Origin: Paramecium tetraurelia | Taxonomy: Eukaryota | Reading direction: 5' to 3' | DNA length: 64,000 nucleotides | NCBI GenBank assembly: GCA_000165425.1 | Contig: CT868649.1 | Coordinates: 124,001 to 188,000, forward strand | Position numbers and translations under genes: made by a program | Notes under the pieces: generated by a model | Seen by the model: only the letters and a program-made list of their open reading frames with translations | What the model was told of the DNA's origin: nothing | Database searches by the model: none | In this document: one piece after another, positions 54,643 through 64,000 of the stretch | How the letters are laid out: the number at the start of each line of letters is the position of its first letter | Position numbering within the stretch: position 1 is the stretch's first letter

Positions 54643-55848
54643 TCACAACAATTAATGAATTATCTATTTTAATTTTTGGTTTTCCTCGATGATTTAATTG
54701 ATTTAAGGATCAATCACATTCTATGGTTGTTAGGTTGTAAAATTGAATGACAATTTAAACTTTTAGATTCTCTTTTTACAAATCATCAATTAATTAGATG
54801 TGTACTTAGCTTTCTTTAATGGTTTAGTCTGTAGCAATCTCTTGGATTTAAAAAGAATCTATTCCTCACTCTATAATTGATGCTCCTAGGGTCTTTTAAC
54901 AACATATAGTTTTAGAGCTTGAAGTGTAACTATTTTCCTGGAGAGAGTAGTTTAATTGCCATCAACTTGCCAAATGAAAATCTAGCCATCGTCAGAATTA
55001 CTAGTAATATAATTGTGACCGTCTTCAAAAAATAATTTAACACTTTTAATTTCACTTAAATGACCGATGAGTAATTTTCTTTTATTTATTTATGTGGTTG
55101 GTTGAATAGTATAATTAATTGATTATTGATTGTATTTAATTTAATAAATATTCTTATTAACGCATCCAACATAAGCGTAATCAAGATCAATATCTAATGC
55201 TAATGGTTCTGAATCTAATTATGTTTAAAATATTCTATTGGTTTAGATGATATACATACATTTGAGTCGTTGCAATATCGAAGATAATCAATTCTTTATC
55301 CTTGGAAACAGTAGCAAGTACATTTTTGAATACAAAGTCATTAATTGCAGAATTATTTCCAGTGAATACTTTAAAAGGCTTAGTTTTTAACAGAACAATA
55401 TCATCCAAAAGAAATAAATTAACATCTAATTATTATCGTATTGTTTACTATTCTATAAGTCATCCACAACCAACAAATACTATTAATAATGATATACTTT
55501 GTTGATCTCCTTGGCTACAAAATCAAGAGTAGATTTCAATTCTTAAATTTATGTGTATATCCTAAAATCTTTGTTAGCATAAATGATGCCATAGATTGAA
55601 TGGTATTCAAAGGCAAAAACAATAGAGGATTCTCCTCCTATATGTTATTTCCATAATTCAAGGCCTTAGTAATCGAAACAAGATAACATATTTTTGGATG
55701 AGAAAATCAGAATACTTTGATTGGAGAAGCACATGGTTTTGATGTCTGATTCTATGGTTTATAATATAGAGCTAGTCTTAGGATCTATTAGTTTTATAGC
55801 ATTTGCGGTTTGAACAGCTATCAAATTAGTTGATGCATTGATTGCCAT
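54643..55848 (-). CDS. WD40-repeat protein with C-terminal coiled coil (possibly WDR18/Ipi3-like)
   Basis: LIGHLSEIKSV...TSNSDDGQIFIWQV; LATVSKDK; tail IEENQKLKQIIHQLL*. An in-frame upstream ATG at 55905 is an alternative start. Confidence 0.7.
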
Positions 55849-55901
55849 AGAATAATATTGTTTATATATATTTATATGATTTAATGCTAAATCTACATTT
55901 T

Positions 55902-57276
55902 TCATTATTACTATTATTTTTACAACATTTGTGGTGGAACGTTACCCATCATGCCTTAAGGAGGTTAAGCGAAAGCAGTCTTTCCTAATAAGTTGACAAC
56001 TCCTGTTTCAATTGATTTCAATAATTCCATCATATCTGGGTCTTGGAATAATTCTAAGATTATAATTTAGTAATACATGGGTTTTCTAAATTAGAAATAT
56101 AGTCTTCTTCCTCATAGCTATGTTCTTCAAATATCATATCTCCCATAACCAAATTCAAGACCATAGGCACCAATTGTCCAGATTCATAGGTAGTTGGTAA
56201 TTTGTCAATCATATTTTTCAAGAAGTCTTGTTTCTCATTTAATAATTTGATTTAATATCTAATGATTTCTTTGGTGGCATTCATTTAGACCTATTTTTGT
56301 TTTGGCAACTTGTCCTTAATTCTTTATCTGGCTGAAGCCTGTAACATGAATACATGTTGACCCAATCCTCTTTCCATCAATAACATTTCACTTTATTCCA
56401 AGGTCTATTGGGAGATATCAATCTTTTTGCAGATTTCTTCTTGAGCCTTCATTAAAAGATTCTCGATTTCATTCACATAGTCCAACAATAATTAAACATA
56501 TTTGGCTCCATCTGAATATAACACTTCTCTTCTGGCTTTTCTGTTCTCAAGGGTAATTCTAATGAATTCTGGTTCTGCCAAATCTACACTTCCTTCGACG
56601 ATTTGAGTGTAGGTTTTTATGCTTATCATATTATTTGTGCTTGGAATATGCATTATTTGAATTTAAGAAGCAATCTCATTGAGTTTATCGCTCTTGAAAG
56701 TATAGTTTGCTAAAATATTAACTCTTATATTCATACATTTATCGTTTCCTTCACTTTTTAGTTAAATTTCTTATGTTTTAGCCTATTCCTAGGATTCCTT
56801 AGGTTTAAAGACTTCTAATTCTGCTAATTTTGAATCAAGCCATTCATTAGTCTCCTTTATTTTATCAGTTACTGATAAGTTGTTACCAACCCATGGCAAA
56901 ACTATGCTATTCACCTATCCCTTTATAAGTGAAGGATTCAAGAGAATTTCTTCTTTGTCATTCTTGAATGCATATTAGGTGAGTGATTTCAATACAACAG
57001 GCTCAAGCTTTTTATCCTTTACCTTCTAAGCTAAATCTTTGGCATCATATTATCTTAAATTTTTGATGTTAATCAGAAACACTCTTTGTAATGAGTCTTT
57101 AAGAGTGTAGAGTCTTTCGAAAAGCTAATCAAAATGCTTCATAAGGTTAGTCTCTGTTTACTCTACAACTTCCCAGTTAACCCTAATGATTTATCTTTGT
57201 TATACATCTTCTCATCTCCCAAAGAGGCTAAGACTGTTTCGATATTAGCTGCCAAGTCTTCTACTGTAATAGACAT
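55902..57276 (-). CDS. Hypothetical alpha-helical protein
   Basis: MSITVEDLAANIETVL...; 23-nt intron near the 5' end; long open frame with higher GC; ends PPQMLQKQQQQ*. Confidence 0.7.
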
Positions 57277-57707
57277 TCAACCACAAATTAAATATTTAAT
57301 TTATATTGCTTCTCCTATTTTGGCTAAATAATTCATAGTATCTTTATCATTATACTAAAATTACATTCTAATTAAGATCCTATCTTGAAGATCTAAATAA
57401 TATTAATTTTATCATAACATCAAATTAATCATCTAAATTTATTGACAATCGATTTATACTTAATAATAATAAGGTGATATAAAATGTTTTATCAGAATTT
57501 GTTTAATGAAGGCAATCTAAAATTTCAGCATCAAAGGAAATTTATCTTATTTTAAAGAAAATAAATACATTTACTATCTTAATTCGTATGAATTTAAAAA
57601 GTCTTTTCTAAATTAATTATGAAGTTCATAAAATAACAGAGCGATTAATAAAAGTCTTATTGATTTTTAAAATCTAGGAATTTAATACTTTATTTATTTA
57701 AAATATT

Positions 57708-58476
57708 ATGTCTAATTATAGTCTGATGCTTAAGTATATAATCATAGGAGATACAGGTATTAGAATCAATATACAACAGGTGTTGGAAAATCCTGTATAG
57801 TTTTACAATTGATTGAAAATTAAATTAGATAAGAACATGATGCAACAATAGGCGTTGAGTTTGGAGCTAAAATTATCAAAGTTAATAGCATGAACATCAA
57901 ACTTTAAATATGGGACACAGCAGGACAAGAAAATTTTAGATCGATAATCAGGAGCTATTATAGATCAGCTATCGGTATGCTTTAAAAATTATAATGAAGG
58001 AGCTCTGCTTGTTTATGATATAACGAAAAGAGATTCGTTTCACAATTTGTAGAGATGGATGGAAGAAATTAAAAATAATGGAAATGCAAATATGGTGATT
58101 ACATTATGTGGGAATAAAGTTGATTTAGAATCCGAGTAATAGTTTCTTATTTATTTAGAGACGAGCAGTGACATATGAAGAAGGATGGTAGTTTGCATAA
58201 TAACATTAATTGATATTTCTAGAAACATCAGCAAAATAAGGAATTAATGTACAATCTGCATTTTATTAATCCACACAGAGAATTTTGAATTAAATCGACG
58301 ATGGAACAATAGTTCTTGGATAAGATGTAAGAATCATTATCATTTCATAGCCAGGAATTAAAATCGGTGGTTAATATAAAAAAAAGGAGAAGGATATAAA
58401 AAGTATCAACAATTACGAAGCAGCTGTTCAATTAAAGCCTGTAGAAACTCCAAATGGTATTAATAACTGTTGTTGA
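57708..58476 (+). CDS. Rab GTPase, Rab2-like
   Basis: KYIIIGDTGVGKSC, HDATIGVEFGA, WDTAGQENFRSI, GNKVDL, ETSAK, C-terminal CC* prenylation motif; four tiny introns. Confidence 0.93.
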
Positions 58477-58591
58477 TATTTATTCTTTATTTTATCTATA
58501 TATTATTATAATATATTCCATATTATAATTAAAAAATATATAAACTATTAATAAATGAAATTCTAAACTTTAACAATCAATTAATCCTTAA

Positions 58592-61060
58592 TCAAATTTT
58601 CAATTTCTTACATGCTGATTCACAAGCTTTTTCTTTTGCAACCCTCTCATGTTCGTGAGTAAATCTACCCACAATTTGACCATCTATTCTGATTTCATAA
58701 CAGAATTATCCATTCTCTTGTTTAAAGGATTTGATATCCATGTGACCTTATTTGCTAGCAGAATATTGATGCACTCTATCAATGACATGATCATCAATAT
58801 CATTTAAATAAGTGCATACAAAAGGAATAAATTTCAAGTAAACCTTTTTTAAAAACTTGCAAACTGGTTGCCATCCTCCATCCATAAATATGGCTCCTAC
58901 AAGGGCTTCAAAAGTATCTGATAGCACTTTTGGAACTCGAACGAAATTTCCATTGTAATATGTAAACTTCTCATCTAATTTAACTGTTTCTATAAATTAT
59001 AATATGGCAGTATCTTAGAAATTATGCATAATATTGTAACAAATAGCTATTTTGGACAAAAAGGAATTTGATAGTAAAACCATCTTAATCTTATATAAAT
59101 TTGTTGGAGTAAACTTAAAGATTATCTAATTAAAACAGTTGCACATGATGTAACACTCCAAAACTGCATCTCCTATCAGTTCCAACATTTAATGTCCTCT
59201 CGTTGAAGGGGTATTTGAATTCAAAAGAAATTTATAATACAATTCTAATGGTAAATCAAGGTCCATATTTGAACCTTAAACTCTAAAAGACTCATATAGA
59301 ATATATTTATTATGGAACTAGTACTCAATCACTTCAGTTTGTAAATAATTTAGATATTCCAATTAATTCTTTTAAAAATATTACTTTTCAGCTTCAGATA
59401 ATTGTCTGACTGGATTTATTAAATCCTTGAAACTCATATAATTATGCATAATTGGAAATTGATATTACTGAACAATTGGTTTACGGGGATAATATTTATC
59501 TGTTGCTGGGTAATAAGAAACAGGATGTCTCAAATGCAAAAGAAATTTGTAAACATCATATAAGGAATCTTTATCTAAAAAGACTGTTGCTATTAGGGAT
59601 TCAAAGATGTCTGCTAAAAAGGTCACGAGCATAGTCGCTGAAACTTATTTTATTGGTTCAGGTTAAATATGATTTGAATGTATGTTTTAAAGCACTGGAC
59701 TAAACCATTTAGTTTAATGACCAAGTGATCTCACATAATGGAATAATCCGAAATATTAGTATTTAAATAGATGCTTTCCTATAAAATTATTATTCACTAT
59801 TTATGATCTTTAATCCGATAATATGTTTTCATTCGTATTCTAAGGTCCTAAGCTGACTGAAACAGTAGCCAAATATTTTAATATTGAGTCTCCTAATGTC
59901 TCCAATAATTCATAATTAATATCTCTATTATAAGAAGCTCTACTTATGGCTCTTTATACTCTTAAATTAGGTTCGATACCTATCGAGTTTGCAAATTCAC
60001 TTATGATAAACTATTACTCGAGTTCTAATAAAAAAGTTGGTAGCATTAAAAAATTATCATATTGATTAACAGTGAAAGGATAACGATATAAATTTGATAT
60101 AGGCATTATGTGAGTTGATAAACTATTCAGTTCTAATTTTGGCTTACATGTATGTATCTTCAAATTTTATGATTTATTTTCAAGACTATTTATTTAATCC
60201 TCAGAATAAAATTACACTCTTTATATAGTTGTTACCTGCTTAAAAATAGCCAGAGCTGAATCTCTTTAATTAAATTAGTTTTGATAGGATCTTAGTTGTA
60301 AAATGGGATTGATATTCTCAGTTTTTGCTTTGAATTAATGCTCGTAAAAAAAATAACCAATAGTTTTTTTTAAGATGGTCTCATCAATACAATAATATTC
60401 CTTAAGCTGTTCTAAAGTAAATTTAGAGTTTTAAATTATAAGGTTAAAATACTCGTCGACAGTTTATTTCCAAGGTTATGATATTATTGCATAGATGCAA
60501 TTTACTTACTGTGTTTTAGGAATATAAAATAATTAGTCAGCTATTCCTTGATCATCTAAGTTTAAATCTTTTAAACATAATCCATTAACTAATCCTTCTC
60601 TTTATTTTATAAACTCCTACATGAATTCATAATCAATTTAGTCATTTATTATAGGTACTATTAAATAATTTCTATATCCACCATTGATGAAGTTGTGGAA
60701 ATTTATTGTATGAGCCTTGATATTTTTAGGTGATAGCATATACCAACTCATTTGTAATCTCACATTATAATCAAAAACTCTGCTAATTGAAACATAATCA
60801 AATACAATTTCTTAATTTACACTTTTAAACAAGACTTCTGTATATTCTGGCTGTGGACCGTCTATATGATATATTTTTATTGGCCTATAATTCTAAAGGA
60901 TTGGCCTTGAAGTCACCAAACCAATATTAGTAGAAAGTATAGATAAATAGGCTTTGTCATTCTTATAAGATGCAGTAAAGCAATGAGGAATTTCATATTA
61001 GAAAGTATTTTTAATAAACCAATTATTGATTTCTTAGCATTCTGATTTCAGATCGCTCAT
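58592..61060 (-). CDS. Dicer-like (Dcl-type) ribonuclease: two RNase III domains and C-terminal dsRBD, no helicase, 822 aa
   Basis: RNase IIIa ELLETLGDSILK and LADIFESLIA; RNase IIIb QMLELIGDAVLE and PKVLSDTFEALVGAIFMDGG; dsRBD-like FCYEIRIDGQIVG...VAKEKACESACKKL*. The 2469-nt span is consistent with no introns. The specific DCL paralog cannot be assigned by eye. Confidence 0.9.
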
Positions 61061-61374
61061 TTTTCTAAATTATAATTATCAATCTGGTTTCATTGTCTTT
61101 ATAAGGGAAAAAAAATTGCTTGATTATTATTTCAATTTTAATTAAATTAAAAATTTTATTGTAAGTCTTTAGTGAACTTTAAAATTTTGATATGCTGCTC
61201 AGATTGTATGAGTTTAGTTAAATGAGGTCAAATTATGATTTTGATTTTCATAAGCAATCCAAAGAGCTTTGTGTATTTCAATAACTAGATTAATTTATAT
61301 TATGAGTTGGTCAAAATAATATATGGATTAAAATTAACATATAAATCATATTCACATAGATACATGATAAATTA

Positions 61375-61924
61375 TCAATCAAACAATGATCCAGGGACAT
61401 TTGCTCTTCTATTTGTTTATTTAGCTCTCTATTAGGAAGTTGGTTATTTTGGTATTTCAACTTATTTATCAAAAAATTATTAGAAATTAGTCGGATTACT
61501 AGTTTCAAAATATTCTTCTGCTCCCTAATAGTCAAAAAATGGGTTATTTGCTTAATTATTTTATTATTAATTCTATTATTAATTATGATTATTCTCTTAT
61601 TTGTGTGCCAATCTTGGATGTGCAAATGTTGCTTAATTTTGTTATTTTTAGTGACTTTGTTTCTTTGGTGGAGGAGGATGGTAAGTGTTTTCTTGTATTT
61701 CATTATTAATAATATTTGAGTTTGGTTATTGTTGGTCTGTGTGCTCATTTTATTGCTTATCATGCGTAATTTTCTTTTCAATTTTATGTGGTATTTCATT
61801 ATTTTAGATTTACTCTTCTTGGTGTTATTAAGATGAATTTGATAATTATTATTATGGCTATTGCTATTACTATTGTTATTGTTAATATTATTGCTTTTGC
61901 TATTGTTATTATTAATATTATTGC

Positions 61925-61957
<33 letters not shown>

Positions 61958-63242
61958 AATTGTTATTGTTATTATTATTGCTATTGTTATTATTATTGCT
62001 ATTATAATAGTTATTGTTATTATTATTGTTATTATTATTGCTATTATTATTGCTATTGTTATTATTATTGCTAATATTATTGCTATTATAATTGTTACTG
62101 TTATTAATATTGTTATTGTTGTTGTTGTTATTATTGTTTTTGTTGTTGTTGTTATTGTTATTCTTAGTGTTATTATTATTATTTTAAGTGAGACTAATTT
62201 TCTATTGCTTATTATTACTCTTATATAGCATGATCATATTAATTTGTTATCTTATCAAATTATTCATTTTCTTCTTGCTCATCTTATTAACCTTCTTAAT
62301 CATACTAATCCTGATCCTACTAGTCAAATTATTATTATTCATCTTAAGCACCTTACTCATCTTATGCATCTTGCACATCTTGAACTTATATTTAGTTATA
62401 TCCAGTTTTCAGTTAAGTCGATCCAGAATCTGCATTTACAATTTAGCCTTGTAAATTTACCTCGTCTTCATTGGCCCAATATTATTGGTTTTACTATTAG
62501 ACATGATGTTAATGTGGGGCAGGAGCTTCAACTACCTAGGTTTGGACGACTTATAATTAGGCATTTGCTTGAACTTAAATTGATTATTAGAATTATTAAA
62601 CCCTAGGTAATTAAGGTGGCTATAATTTTGATAATAATCCTTATAAGATAGTAATTTAGTCATCCAAATTTGATTGGGTCTACTATATGCGATATTTATG
62701 AATAATATCCTTTCTTTATTATGTATTTGAATGCAATTTTTCAATGAAATGTTTTTCATTTTATTTTTCCATTTATTAAATTTCTTATAATTTTTAAAAT
62801 TATTTTCTTTCATTCTAAATTTATTCTTTTAACTAATTAAGTTATTTAAACGAATTTTATTCTTAATTTTATAAAGATGTTCTCAAAAGCTAATTTTCAT
62901 TTTGAAGTTATTGAATTTAAGTCTGATAACTCACGTGCTTTATTTATAAATCTTATATTGTTTTTAAATGATCTTATTAAAATTGAGTAATTGAATGTTA
63001 CAGGTCTTTATTTTGTTTAATTAATTAATTGATTTATTTTTCATAATAAATATCTCTTTATTTTATCATTTATTCAAACACGGCAACATCAATTTATTAA
63101 GATTATTATTGTTGCAATTAAATGGTGAATTTTGGAGTTTATGTATTAAGATTTAAGGTTTCAATAAGCTCTTCTTACTATTTAACTATTTATTCATTTG
63201 AAAAATTTAATGTTTGTTTTTATGTTGAAATTGTTTGTTGTG

Positions 63243-63334
<92 letters not shown>

Positions 63335-64000
63335 TTATTTTAAGATGTGATATTTTAGTGTTTTACTTATTAATCTTAGCTCTTTTATTAAGTTACAATT
63401 TCTTCTTTTTTTAATTGATGATGAGGAGCCTCAAATTAACTTTGAGTAGAATTAATTTATGAGGTAATTTCCTTTTCTTTAAATTCTTATTCATTTTGTT
63501 CTTAGAAGTTATGTATTTATTATATTATTGTTTCCTATTAGAAATCGCCATTTTATTATTGATCAAATTCATTATTATTTTGTTTTTCTGGTTGAGTCTG
63601 ATGAATGTTCTCTTAAGAATCCTCTTTATTTTATTAGTTCAGAGTATTTTAAAATTACATTCCTGGCTTCTCTTCTTAATTATCTATTTAAGAGTTATTA
63701 TGATTTTCTATTTGATTAAAGTTTTCTTGATTTTCAATATTGGAGTCTTATAATTCTTATAATTCTTCTGATTCTTCAGATCTCAATTGTTCTGCTAATT
63801 AATTCAATTTCTCTTGATTTTATTTTAAAGAATCAAAATTTGTTAAGTCTTCTTCTTCTAAGTTTTCATTTTCTACTTTTTAAAAATTCATTTAATTAGT
63901 TTATTATTATTGCACAAGTGGGGGAGGGACATTTTCATTTTTTTAAGGTTCAGCTTTTTATTATTTTGTTGGGACATTGGATGATAATTAATTATTTCCT
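61375..64000 (-). CDS. Large Gln-rich low-complexity protein, 3' part (5' end outside the window)
   Basis: Ciliate-code frame ends RRANVPGSLFD* (TGA at 61375-61377). Poly-Gln tracts at ~61850-62170 and 63244-63327 lie in the same frame. Confidence 0.7.
61850..62170 (-). repeat. Imperfect poly-Gln tract encoded mainly by mixed TAA/TAG/CAA codons
   Basis: The + strand reads tta/cta/ttg triplets continuously. Confidence 0.85.
63244..63327 (-). repeat. (TAA)n coding microsatellite: 27 Gln with one Leu interruption
   Basis: In-frame context SQNNSH-Qn-L-Qn-PQQTIST. Confidence 0.85.

Noticed and set aside
57277..57336. Upstream ATG at 57336 as the start of the 55902 gene
   Set aside because: It hits an in-frame TGA after 19 codons with no GT donor to remove it; the ATG at 57276 is preferred.
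61788..62454. Poly-Ile/Val 'membrane protein' ORFs on the + strand
   Set aside because: Antisense reading of the poly-Gln tract of the minus-strand gene.
63122..63328. Poly-Tyr ORF in the track
   Set aside because: Antisense reading of the (TAA)n Gln repeat.

Overview
This is AT-rich (roughly 27% GC by eye), gene-dense eukaryotic DNA from a ciliate macronuclear chromosome, most likely Paramecium. Reading frames stay open only when TAA/TAG are read as Gln and TGA is the sole stop. Genes carry tiny (~21-33 nt) GT..AG introns, and many intergenic spacers are only 30-100 bp. The supplied standard-code ORF track is therefore mostly fragments or antisense shadows, so I re-translated by hand with the ciliate code. 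About 41 protein-coding genes are visible. They include a 6.5-kb Cys-rich multipass surface protein, RRP43, N-myristoyltransferase, a Qc-SNARE, an aspartic protease, a PAH-less Sin3-like protein, two Myb proteins, a pectin-acetylesterase/Notum-like protein, RPS28, a divergent RAD51 paralog, an Aurora-like kinase, a Sen1-like helicase, an FHA-RINGv ligase, SART3/Prp24, a TCBP-25-like EF-hand protein, a fatty-acid desaturase, an ABHD13-like hydrolase, a Rab2-like GTPase and a Dicer-like protein. The most interesting observations are a helicase-less Dicer with a cryptic platform/PAZ/connector module, a tandem pair of homologous microproteins missed by the ORF track, a RAD51 paralog with a GPSLSFKS Walker A, a His-to-Asn esterase, and a strand-specific intergenic hairpin. 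I saw no tRNA, rRNA, telomere, transposon or retained IES. Reference motifs are quoted from memory and no searches were run. CDS coordinates include introns.
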